From Mobula hypostoma (taxonomy: Eukaryota), in contig NC_086097.1 in assembly GCF_963921235.1 (NCBI RefSeq), forward strand, positions 21,268,001 through 21,332,000: a DNA stretch of 64,000 nucleotides, given 5' to 3'. The position numbers were made by a program, and so were the translations under genes. Below are positions 47,432 to 61,620 of this stretch, piece by piece (the first letter of the stretch is position 1; every line of letters starts with the position of its first letter). Under the pieces are notes generated by a model. The model made no database searches and was not told where the DNA came from. It was given only the letters and a program-made list of their open reading frames with translations.

Positions 47432-48322
47432 AGGGAAAACTGAATTTCTTTAGCCTCCTGAGGAAGTAGAAGCTTTGGTGATATCAACATGGTTGGACTA
47501 GAACAGGCGATTGGTGATGTTCAAACCTATAAACTTGAAGCTCTCAGCATTCTCAACCTGTTGATGTAGACAGAAGCATGTGCACCCTTCTCCCACACCT
47601 CCACCCCTTCTGGTCAGTGACCAGCTTTTTCATTTTGTTGGCATTGAAGGAAAAGTTGTGGTCGTGACACTATCTCACTAAGCTCTCTATCTCCCTCCTG
47701 TACGCTAGCTTGTTGTTATTTGAGATGTAGCCCACTGATCTGCAACTTTGTAAACTGAGTACGAACCGAATCTGGCCACACAGTTATGAGTGTACGGGGA
47801 CTAGAGTAGGGGGTTTTACAAAGGCAGATTGGAGTTCTGAGGGATATGCATTGCAACCATAAACTTGTATATAATTACAGCCTGATACACTACTGGCATT
47901 TAGGGCAGCATTAAAGGTCCTCCATCTCTGACAGCGTTCAGGGCATCCTTCATCATGTCAGTAGCTTCTTTTCGATTTTTCACTACCGTCAATCATACAA
48001 GTCCCAGGTGGAGTCTTAGGAATACCGTCACACTCAGATGTAGAAGGATTCCTCATTGCTCTTTCTGTAACAATTTTGTTGTACCAGTCAGAGTTGTTAG
48101 CCCTGAGGAGGATGCAATGTGTAACATGGATGAAGGGAGATTAAAATAAATTAAAAAGTTGTTATTGTTGGTCCATTGTACAACTTCAAGGATTGCACTT
48201 CCTGCAGAAGGTGTTTGCAGTTTCAAAGGACAAGGCATCCAAAACCATTAAAACAGGTTGCAGGTTTTCCCCTGAGAGTGAAAGGAGTTGGTTTCCTAAA
48301 AAAAGCCTCTGTTGTATAAATA

Positions 48323-49854
48323 CAGTGCCAATAAAAAGTGTTCACCCCCTTGGAAGTTTTCATGTTTTATTGTTTTACGATGTTGAATCATGGTAGATTT
48401 AATTTGTTTTTTTTGACACTGATCAACAGGAAAAGACTCGTATCAAAGTGAAAACAGATTTCTACAAAGTGATCTAACTAATTACAAATATAAAACACAA
48501 AATAATTGATTGCACAAGTATTCACCCCCTTCAAGTCAGTATTTAGTAGAAACACCTTTGGCAGCAATTACAGCCTCGAGTCTGTGTGAATAGGTCTCTA
48601 TCGGCTTTGCACATCTGGCCACTGCAATTTTTTCCTGTTCTTCTTTACAAAACTGCTCAAGCTCTGTCAGATTGCATGGGGATTGTCAGTGAACAGCCCC
48701 TTTCATGTCCAGTCACAAATTCTCAGTTGAATTGAGGTCTGGACTCTGACTTGGCCACTCCAGGATATTAACTTTGTTGTTTTTAAGCCATTCCTGTGTA
48801 GTTTTGGCTTTATGCTTGGTGTCATTGTCTTGCTGGAAAACAAATGTTCTCCCAAGTCACAGTACTGTTGCAGACTGCATCAGATTTTCCTCCAGGATTT
48901 TCTTGTATTTTGTTGCATTCATTTTGCCCTCTACCTTCAGAAGCCTTCCAGGGCCTGCTGCAGTGAAGCCTCCCTACAGCATGATGCAGCCACCACCATG
49001 CTTTAGAGTAGCGACCTTCTTCCAGCTGATATCAGAGTCTCCCACATACCTTCTGCCAAACTCTAGATGAGATTTTTTGCAAGTTTTTATCAACAGTGGC
49101 TTTCTCTTTGCCGTTCTCCCATAAAGCTGCAGTTGCTATATGCACAGTCAACAGTTGCTGAATGAGCAGTCTCTCCCACCTCAGCCTCTGAAGCCTGTAT
49201 CTCCTCCAGAGTTGTCATAGGTCTCTTGGTGGCCTCCCTCCCTCCCTCCCTTCTTGCATGGTCACTCAGTTTTTGAGGATGGCCTGCTGTAGGTGGGTTT
49301 ACAGCTGTTGCCGTCTTCATTTCTTGATGATTGACTTAACTGTACTCCAAGGAATATTCAGTTACTTGGAAATTTTCTTGTATCCATATCCTGGTTTCTG
49401 CTTTTCAATAATCTTTTTGCAGAGTTGGTTGGAGTGTTTTTTTGTCTTCATGGTGTAGTTTTTGCCAGGACACTGACTCACCAGCCGTTGGATCTTCTAG
49501 ATACAGGTGTATTTTTGCTACAATCAATTGAAACACATTGACTGCACACAGATTTCCAAAAAACAGATCTCCACCTAACTAATACTGTGACTTCTAGAAC
49601 CAGTTGGCTGTACTATTGATGATTTGTTGAGTCATATTAAACGGGGGTGAATGCTTATGCAATCAATTATTTTGTGTTTTATATTTGGAATTAATTTAGA
49701 TCACTTTGTAGAGGTCTGTTTTCACTTTGACATGAAGAGTCTTTTTCTGTTGATCTGTGTCAAAAAAGCCAAATTAAATCCACTGTGATTCAATGTTGTA
49801 AAACAATAAAACATGAAAGCTTCCAAGGGGGATGAATACTTTTTATAGGCACTG
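48323..49854 (-). mobile_element. Tc1 transposon with long (~210 bp) IR/DR-type TIRs and an internally deleted transposase
   Basis: CAGTGCC(A/T)ATAAAAAGT..CCCCCTTGGAAG termini, TA flanks; REATKRPMTTLEE and QQDND-type remnants. Confidence 0.9.
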
Positions 49855-49964
49855 TATAATGGGAGCTACAGGGAGCCCTTGCCTTTTGCAAGGTGTACCA
49901 GTTACCGTGAATGGTAAGGAAGCAAGAGGGAAACAGAAATATTCTAGTCAGTGAGTGAATCCTC

Positions 49965-50530
49965 TGTAGGTAAGGGTCGACCATGGTCTGAGCTGTCGAG
50001 GTTCACAAGCCTGGGCAGTATGATATGGAGAGCAAGCTGTTGTCCATGTAACAAGCTACCCCTCTCCATGCATCTTATGAACTCAAAGGAATGGCAGAGA
50101 CTGATAACATTTTGGTACCAGCAGCGTCGCAGGAGTTACCAGTTAGTGTTGAATTCAATGTAGGATTGCCTTAGAGACTCCAGCTCTAAATTTTTCGCTC
50201 TGGGTTTACTCCCAAAGTCTTCCCCTTGAATGGTTATAGCCACAAGGCAGTGGAGGGTTTAGATCAGAGTTTTCCTTCTCCTAGATGAGCTACCAACTAT
50301 GGCTGATGAGCCCCATCTACCCGAAGTGACTGGTTTTAAGGTGTCAGTAACCTGCCTTTGGCCCTTCTCCTGTCAGTCGAAATGGGTCCGCTGGGCTTAG
50401 TAGCTAAGCCACACTTGAAGGCCAGGAGCTGGACTTGGTTGTCAGAGACTACTTGAGGCGCACGGCATTGGAAGCATTTAACAGGTAGTGGGAGCTTGAT
50501 CCCACCACCACATCCGGCTGTAACAACCTT
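49965..50530. mobile_element. Probable RTE-related repeat fragment (similar-looking pieces at ~18080-18430 and ~47880-48110)
   Basis: Resembles recalled RTE untranslated sequence; no coding motif recognised. Confidence 0.4.
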
Positions 50531-52072
50531 AAGGAACTTTCTGTTAAGCATGCAATAAATCAGATGCTTCTTTTGACATGCTGAAACTTACAAGTCAATC
50601 ATCTAATAGTCACTGTAGATGGGTGCTCAAGAGTTATATGTAGCATGTTTATTTCACAGAGTCCTTCCCATTAACCCAATTAAAGGAAGTTAAATGTTAC
50701 AAGAGTTGGAGCAGTAAAACTAGTCCAGATGAAGGAGCTCAACTCATATCGCTGACTGTTCATTTCCCTCCACAGATGCTACCTGACCTGTTGAGTTCCT
50801 CCAGTGTTTTGTGTGTTGTTTCAGATCCCGGTGTCTACAGTCCCTTGTGTCTCCAGTTGAAAGTTACAGTTCTTCGCAGACTTGTTTTCTCCAAATGTTT
50901 TTGCTACCCATTGTTTCTGTGAATTAACCTCTTGTTAACTGACAACTAAAATTAAATAAAAGCTTTTTTTTGTTGGAGTGAAAATTCCTTCAGTGAATGC
51001 TTGCTTATTATGAGAGACCTTCTATCTCATCGTGATCTGAGACTGTATTTTCTCCAATAGCCTGATGATGGTGCTGCAGGTTGGTTAGAAATTGAAAATG
51101 TTTAAAGATTAGCTGATTTGTCACTTGTACATCGAAACATTGAAAAAAACAGTGAAATGCATTATTTTGCGTCAATGACCAACACAGCCTGAAGACGTGC
51201 TGAGGGCAGCCTGCAAGTGTTGCCATGCTTCCAGTGTCAACATAGCATGCCCATAACTTTTTAACCCTAACCTGTACGACGTTTGGAACGTAAGAGGAAA
51301 CCGGAGCACCCGGATGAGACCCTGGTCATGGGGAGAATGTGCAAACTCCTTACAGACAGTGGTGGAATTGAACTGCGACCTTCCAATCGCTGGCACTATA
51401 AGGTGTTACATGAACTGCTTGACATCATATGGACTTGACAGATACATAGAACAGTACAGCACAGTACAGGCCCTTCAGCCCACAATGTTGTGCCAACCCT
51501 CAAACCCTGCCTCCCATATAAGCCCTCACCTTAAATTCCTCCATATACCTGTCTAGTAGTCTCTTAAACTTCACTAGTGTATCTGCCTCCACCACTGACT
51601 CAGGCAGTGCATTCCACACACCAACCACTCTCTGAGTAAAAAACCTTCCTCTAATATCCCCCTTGAACTTCCCACCCTTTACCTTAAAGCCATGTATTGA
51701 GCAGTGGTGCCCTGGGGAAGAGGCGCTGTCTATCCACTCTATCTATTCCTCTTATTATCTTGTACACCTCTATCATGTCTCCTCTCATCCTCCTTCTCTC
51801 CAAAGGCTAAAGCCCTAAATCCCTTAATCTCTGATCATAATGCATACTCTCTAAACCAGGCAGCATCCTGGTAAATCTCCTCTGTACCCTTTCCAATGCT
51901 TCCACATCCTTCATATAGTGAGGCGACCAGAACTGGACACAGTACTCCAAGTGTGGCCTAACCAGAGTTTTATAGAGCTGCATCATTACATCGCGACTCT
52001 TAAACTCTATCCCTCGACTTATGAAAGCTAACACTCCATAAGCTTTCTTAACTACCCTATCCATAATCAATC

Positions 52073-52652
52073 AGGAGCAGGGAGGTACTACTGCAGTTGT
52101 ACAAGGCCTTGGTGAGACCACATCTGGAGTATTGTGTGCAGTTTTGGTCCCCTAATCTGAGGAAAGACATCCTTACCGTAGAGGGAGTACAAAGAAGGTT
52201 CACCAGATTGATTCCTGGGATGGCAGGACTTTCATATGATGAAAGACTGGATGAACTAGGCTTATACTCGTTGGAATTTAGAAGATTGAGGGGGGATCTT
52301 ATTGAAACATATAAAATCCTAAAGGGATTGGACAGGCTAGATGCAGGAAGATTGTTCCCGATGTTGGGGAAGTCCAGAACGAGGGGTCACAGTTTGAGGA
52401 TAAAGGGGAAACCTTTTAGGACCGAGATGAGGAAAAACTTCTTCACACAGAGAGTGGTGAATCTGTGGAATTCTCTGCCACAGGAAACAGTTGAGGCCAG
52501 TTCATTGGCTATAGTTAAGAGGGAGTTAGATATGGCCCTTGTGGCTAAAGGGATCAGGGGGTATGGAGGGAAGGTTCTGAGTTGGATGATCAGCCATGAT
52601 CATACTGAGTGGCGGTGCAGGCTCGAAGGGCCGAATGGCCTACTCCTGCACC
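52073..52652 (+). mobile_element. Young CR1 3' fragment (same subfamily as 29900-30522)
   Basis: ORF 52097-52687 encodes the RT C-terminus; TTTTCTATG tail. Confidence 0.92.
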
Positions 52653-53419
52653 TATTTTCTATGTTTTCTATGTTAATCCACTTCTGACTCATTTTGGATT
52701 GTTTTCTTTGTTCTCCACTTTCATTACAGAAATAATTATTTTAAATGTCTATAAACATAATATACATTTGAAAAGTGCATGGGAAAGGAACAATCAGGAG
52801 CTTCCAAAATTACTGCAGTTCATTGAACATACAGCATGGCCCAGGCTGTTGGACCCACCATATTGTGCCAACCTTTTAACCTTCTCTTGGATCAATCCAA
52901 CCTTCCCCTCCAGAATAGCTCTCTCTTTCTATTATCCATATTTCTACATAAGAATTTATTAAATGCTATTGCTTTGCACTGTTGTAACTATATGTTATAA
53001 TTATGTGGTTTTTGTCAGTTTTAGTCTTGGTCTGTCTTGTGTTTCTGTGATATCATAATGGAGGAACATTGTATCATTTCTTAATGCATGCATTACTAAA
53101 TGACAAACGAGGACTGAGTGTCCTCATAATCTAAAAAAAAATGTCCCTAGTGTATCTGACTATACCACCACCCCCTCTGTCAAGTGTCTTTCACTCTGAA
53201 AAGAAAGGCCCTAGTTCACTCAACCCATCCTTATAAGACATGCTATCTAATCCAGGCATGATCCTGTGGGGTAAATCTCCTCTGTACCTTCTCTAAGGCT
53301 TCCACAATCTTCCTATAATGAGTTGGCCAGAAATGAATTATCATTGTTAAATATCACCATCACGTCTGCTGAGCAACAATTTTGAAGTGCAAACAGGGAT
53401 CAAACCCTTGAAAATGATC

Positions 53420-56230
53420 AAAATTCAAAGTTCAAATTAAATTTATTTTCAAAGTACATGTATGCGACCATATACAACCATAAGGTTCATTTTCCTCCAG
53501 GCATTCACAGTAAATACAAGAAACACATAGAATCAATGAATGACCATACCCAACAGGATGAACAGTGACCAATGTGCAAAAGACAAGCTATGCAAATACA
53601 AAAAGAGAAAAACACCCAAAATAATAATAATAAATAAATAAGCAATAAATAAATAAACAAGAAATATCGAGAAAATGAGTTGTAGAATCCTTGAAAGTGA
53701 GTCCATAGGTTGTGGGAACAGTTCAGTGATGGGGCGAGTGTAGTTGTGTGAAGTTACCCTTTCTGGTTCAAGAGCCTGATGATTTAGGGGTAGTAACTGT
53801 TCCTGAACCTGTTGCTGTGAGTTCTGAGGCTCCTGTACCTTCTTCCTGATGGCAGTAGCAAAAAAAAAAGAGCATGGCCTGGATGGTGGGGATCCTTGAT
53901 GATGGATGCTGCTTTCCTGTGACAGCGCTCTGTGTAGATGTGCGCCATGGTGGAGAAGGCTTTATCTGTGATGGACTGGGCTGTATCCACTACTTTTTGG
54001 AGGCTTTTCCATGCTGGGGTATTGGTGTTTCCATACCAGATTGTGATGCAACCAGTAAGTATACGCTGCACCACACATCGATAGAAGTTTGTCAAAGTTT
54101 TAGATGACACGCCAAATCCTTGCTAACTTCTTAGGAAGTATAGACACTGCTGTGCTTTCTTCATATTGACACCTGTGTGTTGGACCCAGCACAGAATCTC
54201 TAAAATGATAACACTGAGGAATTTAAAGTTGCTGACCCTCTCTACCTCTGATTCCCTGATAAGGACTGGCTCATTGACATCTGATTTCCTCCTCCTCAAG
54301 CCAATAATCAGCTCCTTGGTCTTGCTGACATTGAGTGAAAGGGTGTTGTGGCACCACACTGCCAGATTTTCAGACTCGCTCCGATGGTATATGCAGATCC
54401 AAAGTTCAAAATGAATTTAATTTTTATTCTATACATATATGTTACCATATACAACCCTGAGATTCATCTTCTTGTGGGTATACTTAACAACTTTATAGAA
54501 TAGTAACTACAACAGGGTCAATGAAAGGTCAACCAGAGTGCAGCAGACAGCAAACTGTGCAGATGCAAATATAAATCAATAGAAATAAATAACGAGACAG
54601 AGATAATGGGGTAAGGAGTCCTTAAAGTGAGACTTTTGGCCGTGGGAACACTTCATGATGGGGCGAATGAAGCTGAGTGCAGCCATCTCCCCCTGTTCAA
54701 GAGCCTGATGTTTGGGGGATAGCAACTGTTCCTGAACCTGGTGGTGTGAGTCCCGAGGCTCCAGTGCCCTTCACTGATGGCAGCAGCGAGAAGAGAGCGT
54801 GACCCAGGCGGAGGGGATCCCTAGACAAAGGACGCTGCTGTCCTACAACCGCGCTCCATGTAGACACACTCAACATTTGGGGGGGCTTCACCCGTGATGT
54901 ACTGAGCTGATCCTCCATTCAAAGGCATTGGTGCTTCCACACCAGGCCGTGATGCAGAAAGTCAATGCACTCTGTGTAGAAATTTGGTGAAGTTCTAGAT
55001 GTTACTCTGAACCTCCGCAAGCTCCCGAGAAAGCAGAGGTGCCACCGTGCTCTCGCTGTGATCACACCTACGTGCTAGGACCAGGACAGGTCCTTTGAAA
55101 TATCAACACCCGGCATTCGTCACCACCTTTAATGTGGCCAACAACAGTAGTGGTGTTGTCAGCAAATTTAAGTATGACAATGGAGCTGTGCTTATCCTCA
55201 CAATGATAAGAACAAAGCAAGTAGAGTAGAGGGCTAAGCACTCAGCCTTGTGGTGTTTCTGTGCTGATGGAGATTGTGGAGGAGATGTTGTTGCCAATCT
55301 GAACTGACTGGGGTATGCAGGTGAGGAAATCGAGGATCCCTTTGCACAAGCAGGTATTGAGGCCTAGGTCTTGAAGCTTATTTTTAGTTTTGAGGGGATG
55401 ATAATTTTGAATGCCGAGCTATAGTCAGTGAAGAGCATTCTGATGTATGCACCTTTGCTGTTCAGATATTCCACGACTGAGCGAAGAGCCAGTGAAGTGG
55501 TGCCTGCTATGAACCTGTTGTGACTCTAGGTAAGTTGGAGTGGATCCAATTCACTTCTCAGGTAGGAGATGATATGATTCATCACCAACCTCTTAAAGCC
55601 GTGATAATTTTTTCAGATCCTTTGATGAGACCTTGAGTGCCACCCAGTCCACCAACTCAAAGCAATCCCATAGCTTCTCTTCTCTCTTCCTCGACCACCT
55701 CTTTGTCGTCCTCTGGAGCCTTGCTCTCTAGCCTCTGCCTTATACATAGGTTGAAGGAGGACAACCAAGTGATCAGATTGCCTGAAGTGTGGTCTAGGCA
55801 TGGAATGGTAGGCATTCCTAATTGTAGTATAGCAGTGATCGAGTGTGTTGGGACCCCTGGTGCAGCAGGTTATATGTTGATGATAATTAGATAGGGATTT
55901 TTTCAAACAAGCCTAATTGAACTCCATGTCAATGACTTGAAAGGTGTCGGTGTCAGTTATTTCTTCTTTGCTCAGTACCTCGAGTACCTGATTAACATCA
56001 GCCTTTGGTGGTATGTAAACTGTAATCGGGATCAGGGAGGAGAGCTCTCTTGGTAAGTAGACTGGACGACACTTAATGTCCCAGGTTGGAGGAAGACTGC
56101 TACATCTGAACACCACAAAGAGTTTATCGTGGAATATAGACTCCACCTTTTGCCTTCTCTGAATCAGCAGTCCATCCTGTGTATCGAGAAGCCCTCAGGT
56201 CTTAACAACATATCTGCCGTGTCCGAAGAG
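53420..56230 (-). mobile_element. Cluster of degenerate Rex1/Babar LINE fragments
   Basis: LSLNVSKTKELI, GCITIWYGN, LPSGRRYRS and TLDHCY..SDH motifs; (TTTGAAC)n-type tails. Confidence 0.8.
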
Positions 56231-56433
56231 AGCCATGATTAGGGCAGCTTGACCGTTGTTTTTGTTGTAGGGCAGTTGGTGGATTCAGTGGTAAGCCAGT
56301 GGTTCAGCTGAATGGAAAAAGGCTGCAAATCAGAATCAGGTTTATTATTGCTGACATGTTGTCAAATTTGTTGTTTTATGGTAGCAGAGCAGTGCAATGC
56401 ATACAAATTACTGTAGATTACAATAGTAATATA

Positions 56434-56606
56434 ACATTGCCATGGACGATCCCAAGCCTGGCTGTGAAAGGAGGAGAGTTGAGCAAGGGACTGGCAACTC
56501 CATCCCGTAAAAACCCAGTGCTTCAGAAACGGCAACAGCAGCTCCGTAGTCCTTAAGGTAAATGCTCTCGGTGGCCTATGCCCTAGTGTGGGTTTAAGTA
56601 AGTAAG
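56434..56606 (+). mobile_element. Short RTE-type SINE-like insertion with a (TAAG)n tail
   Basis: 15-bp TSD TACAATAG(T/G)AATATA at 56419-56433 / 56607-56621; tandem TAAG tail. Confidence 0.7.
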
Positions 56607-56679
56607 TACAATAGGAATATATTTGAAAATTGAAAATGAAAGCAAAATAATAAAGTAGTGTTCTTCCTCTTTCCTGCCC

Positions 56680-57085
56680 CTTGAATAGGACCCCTCCCGC
56701 CCTTCACCATTTCCTATCCCCTTTTCCTTCTCTCATTTTATCTCCTTGCCTAACCATCGCCTCTGTCTGGTGCTCTTCCCCCCAACCATTTTTCTTTCTT
56801 CCATGGCCTTCTGTCTCTTTCACCAATCAATTTCCCGGCTCTTTGCTACATCCCTCCTCCTCCTCCTCCAAGTTTCACCTATCGCCTGGTGTTTCTCTCT
56901 CCCCTCCCTCCACCTTTCAATTTTATTCCTCAGCTTTTATTCCTCTAGCCCTGCCAAAGGTTTTCAGCCCGAGACGTCGACTGTTTTTTTCTCCCCCATA
57001 CGTGCTGTCTGGCCTGTTGAGTTCCCCTAGCATTTTGTGTGTGATGTTTGGATTTCTCGCATCTGCAGATTTTCTCTTGTTTGTG
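56680..57085 (+). mobile_element. Penelope terminal repeat fragment
   Basis: Homologous to 11441-11875. Confidence 0.75.
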
Positions 57086-60000
57086 AAGTAATGTTCATAG
57101 ATTGTTCAGAAATCTATGGCAGAGGTGAAAAAGCTGTTCCTTAAATGTTGAGTGGGCTTCTTCTGGCCCTGGTACTTGCTCTCTGCCCTGATGGTAGTAA
57201 TGAGACGAGGGCGTGTCCTGACGCATGGATGAATTCTCTAGGTTGTGGGTGCAAAAGGTGGTATTATGGCACCCATCTAGTTTCATTACCCTTATTCGAC
57301 ACTTCTCTTACCTCTGGGGAGGGCAAATTGCGTGGGGATGGGGGGAAGGAAGCAAGTCCTGAAGAACAGAAGTAGGCAAGATGAGTGCCACTTTGTTCCA
57401 CCCATCACCCCTCCCCCATTTCCCCAGGCTGGTTTGTTTCTCCCTCCTGTTGAAAGATTTCAGACTATTTAACTATTTCTCTGTATATAGCTGTTGTCTG
57501 ACCCATTGACCTTTGGCAGCATTTTCTCTTGTTTTTGATGAAATGGAATGGCTTCATTGAAGCATTTATACTCTTCTTAGAAGCAGGTAAAAATGTGGAA
57601 TTGAAAATATTGAATGGAGTTTGATATAAACCTGAAGAAGATGATAGAGACGAGATATTTAAGAACATTCAAAAAGTTCAAAGTAAATTTATTATCACTG
57701 TAGGTATACTGAGATTCATTTTCTTGCGGGCATACTCAAGAAATCTAATAGCCATAATCGAATCAATGAAAGACCGCACCAACAGGGCAGACAATTGGTG
57801 TGCAAAATACACCAAACTGTGCAAATACAAAAAGAAAGAAGAAATAATAATAAATAAAAAATATCAAGATCTGGAGATGGAGTCCTTGAAAGTGAGTCTA
57901 TGGGTAGTGGGAACATTTCAGTGATGTGGCATTTGAAATAAAGTAAAATTATCCCCTTTGGTTCAAGAGCCTGATGGTTGAGGGGTAGTAACTGTTCCTG
58001 AATCTGGTGGTGTTGGTGCTGAGGCTCCTGTGCTGTCTTCCTGATGGCAGCAGCGATAAGAGAGCAATACCTAGGTGTTAGGTGTCCCTGATGATAGATG
58101 CTGCTTTCCTGCAACGGCACTTTGAGAATGCAGTAACCGGCATGGGTATTGCATTGACTGTCATAGACTGGGATGTCTGTTGGGAGTACCTGTACCACAT
58201 CTTGTATCCTAAAAATTTGGTTTGGGCTTAAAGAGGAGGTAACCTAGTGAGTTGAGACAAAGCCCAGTTGCCAATTATAATTATTGTATAGGATTGTGTT
58301 GCTGTGATCTGAGTCATGAACTGGACTGAGTCACTCAGACTGAGGAACTGTGTGCCTGAGGGGATATGTGTCTCTTTCAGTGAGGGGGAGAGCAGTCATC
58401 ATTGCAGATGGAATTTTATGATAGTCCATCTGAACTGGAATGTGTAGGCTGGGCTAAAAGTCGAGCTAATTCGGCAAATGCAAAGCCTTCTTGGAAGCCT
58501 CAAATTGGGTCAATGTGTGCAAAGGTTGATGGAAGGAGGCGAAGAGATACAGCAATTGTAGAAGCAAAGGTCAATGTGAAAACTCACTGGAGAAGGGGAC
58601 ACGGCGTGGGTCTACGTGTTAACAAAGAATATTGGTAGGGTCGTTAAGAAGGTGTGTTGGCCTTCATTAGTTGGCGGATTGATTTCAAGAGTTGTGAGGT
58701 GATGTCGTAGCTCTGTAAAATTTTTAGACCACACTTGGCATATTGTGTTCAGTTCTGGTCAGCTCATTATAGGAAGGATGTGGAAGCTTTAGAGAAGGCA
58801 CAGAGGAGATTTACCAGGACGCTGCCTGGATTAGAGAGCATGTTTTATGAGGAAAGCATGAGTGAACCTCGGGCTTTTCTCTTTGGAGCGATGAAGGATG
58901 AGGGATGATATGATTGAGGTGTATAATCTGATAAGAGGCATAGAAAACATGGATCGCCACCATCTATTTCCTAGGGTGGAAATGGCTAACACAAGAGGGC
59001 ATAATTTTATTGGAGGAAAGTATGGGGGCGTGTTGATAGAGGTAGGGTTTTCACAGTAGTGGTTGTGTGGAATGTGGTGGTAGGGGCAGATACATTAGAG
59101 AAGTTTCAGAGATTCTTAGACAGATACGTGGATGATAGAAAAATGGAAGTCTACATGGGAGGGAAGGGTGAGATTGATCTACGAGATGGCACAACATCAT
59201 GGGCTAAAAGGCCTGTACTGTGCTATAGTGTTCAATGTTCTCAGTGTGAGGTGTTAACATTGACAGGACAGTACTGTTCTCTGCTGATGTGTGCTCTAAT
59301 GTCTATATAATGTACCTTCCCTGCTGCAGAGAATTCTTTGAAAGTCAATAGTTTGTTGTATTGGCCCTGTAGGTGTTTGTCAGCAAGGGCTGGATACATG
59401 CCTACTTAACTGCGGGGGCGGGGGGAGGGGGGGTGGTGGTTGGAAAAAAAGAAATCATCATGCATAGGACAGAATGTATCTATTACTGAAATGTCGATGG
59501 AGATCACGACAAGGGTTTGAAAATAATCAAAGAAAAGACCAGAGTGAGATTATAAGCATTTGGTGTCAGTAGCTTCTTTTGGATTGCAGTTTAACATTTT
59601 AAGAGCTTTAAAAATATCAACCGTATGTAGTTGAGGATGAGTCTGTAATCTGCTGGGACAGAATGGGAGTTCACACGAATTTCAGGATGGTAGCTGGGCT
59701 GTTACAAGAATCTGCAAGTGAAGCAGCTGGAAACAATTTCAACATGAAGCAATGTACTGAGGCATTTTCAGATCACCTGGGCAGGTGTTGCTGCAGGAAA
59801 CTAGACGTTTCAAGTTTTAGGGAAGTGCTCCGGGGGAACAGGAGCCGAGACGTGGAGTGAGAAGTGAATGACTTGCAGCAAGGTGTGAATTTCGGGGCTC
59901 AGATTCAGAATCAGGTTTAATATCACCAGCAAATGTTGAAAAAATTCTTGTTTTGAGACAGCAGTACATGCAATACATAATAATTAATATTATATAATAC

Positions 60001-61620
60001 AATAATTACACAGTATATCAAAATGAATTAAATAAATAGAGGAAAAAAGAGGGAAAAAATACCGAGTAAGTGTAACATGGGGTCATTGTCCATTCAGAAA
60101 TCTGATGGCAAAGGGAAAGAAGCTTCATCCCATTGAACTTGGGAAGAGATGGTAAAGTGAAGGAACCATGGTTGACAAGAAGAGGTGATTGGACACAAAA
60201 GGTGGCACCTGCCTTCATCCTCCCTTCCCCTACCAGTGCCCTCTGCTCTTTTCCCTCTTTCCTTGTCTTGTCAATACCTGTCACCTTACAGTTAGCTTTT
60301 TGCTGTAGATTACACCATCAACCATTCCTTGTGTCCCCTAATGCACCTGCTTGCCACATAAGAGATTGCTTTGTCAGTTTCCAAGCCAAATCTCTTAAAT
60401 GGCTCTCACCATGAACTTGTAGCTATTACTGTTGACAGAAGATATCTTATTTCTTTGTTATGGTGAATTGTGATATTCACAGTTTTTTAACAGTATAAGT
60501 GCTGTGACACATGAATCAGCTGGTATTAATCATTATTGGCCTGTGTTATTTCTAATGTTGGGTTGATGTTTAGAAAATAAGCGGGTGTAATGGTAGCGCA
60601 GCGGTTAGTGCATCATCTTATAGCATCAGCTGCAAAGTGGGGCTTCAATTCCTTCCGCTGACTATAAGGAGTTTGTACATTCTCCCAGTTACTGCTTGGG
60701 TTTCCTCTGGGTGATCTGGTTTCCTCCCATATTCCCAAGCGTACGGTGAGTTGTGGACAGTCTACAATGGTGCCAGGAGTATAGCGACACAATTCTCACT
60801 GATTTGATTTGGCACAAACGATGCATTTCACTGTATGATTTGCTGGTACATGTGAAAAATAAGGCCCATCTTTATCTTTAAAGTAACAACATTTATTTTT
60901 GGTCATAGGGACACAATTTAGGTTATGGTAACAGTGGAAGTATAGGCTGTAAGATCAGATGTATAGGTGGCACATCTGAACTTGAGCTGTTCAAATGCTG
61001 AACATTTTGGAAAGCATTCCTTTCGATGCTTTCAGTTAGTTAACTGGAGTAGTGAAGTTGTTGAAATAATGGGATAACCAAACAAAGGGTACTTTGTTTA
61101 CAGTGATAAGCCAGTCTAGTTCCCACTCTCCAAATCAGCTGGAATAATTTACCACCTTGGATTCCATGCATTTTAGACCATAAGACATAGGAGCAGAATT
61201 AGTCCTTTCGGCCCATTGAGTCTGCTCCACTATTCCATCAAGGCTGATTTATCATACCTCTCAAGTGTTCTCCTGCCTTCTCCCTGTAACTTTTGACACC
61301 CTGACTGATCAAGAACTTACCAACCTCCGTTTATATCGAATATTGAAAGGTGCAGAAAGGGAGGATATGGAGAGGATGTTTCCTATAGGGCCAAAGGGAA
61401 CAGCCTCAAAATAGAAGGATGTCTCTTTAGAACAGAGATGAGGAAGAATTTCTTTAGCCAGAGGGTGGTGAATCTGTGGAATTCACTGCCATTGACAGTC
61501 TTGGAGGTCAAGTCATTGGGTATATTTAAAACGGAGGCTGTTAGGTTCGTGATGAGTAGGAGCATCAATGTTTATGGGGAGAAGGCAACAGAGTGGAATT
61601 GAGGGAGGATAATAAATCAA

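Noticed and set aside
51445..52652. Twin-priming inversion of a single CR1
   Set aside because: The two opposed pieces cover overlapping regions and have different 3' tails (different subfamilies). A short TAATC duplication flanks the plus copy, consistent with independent insertions.
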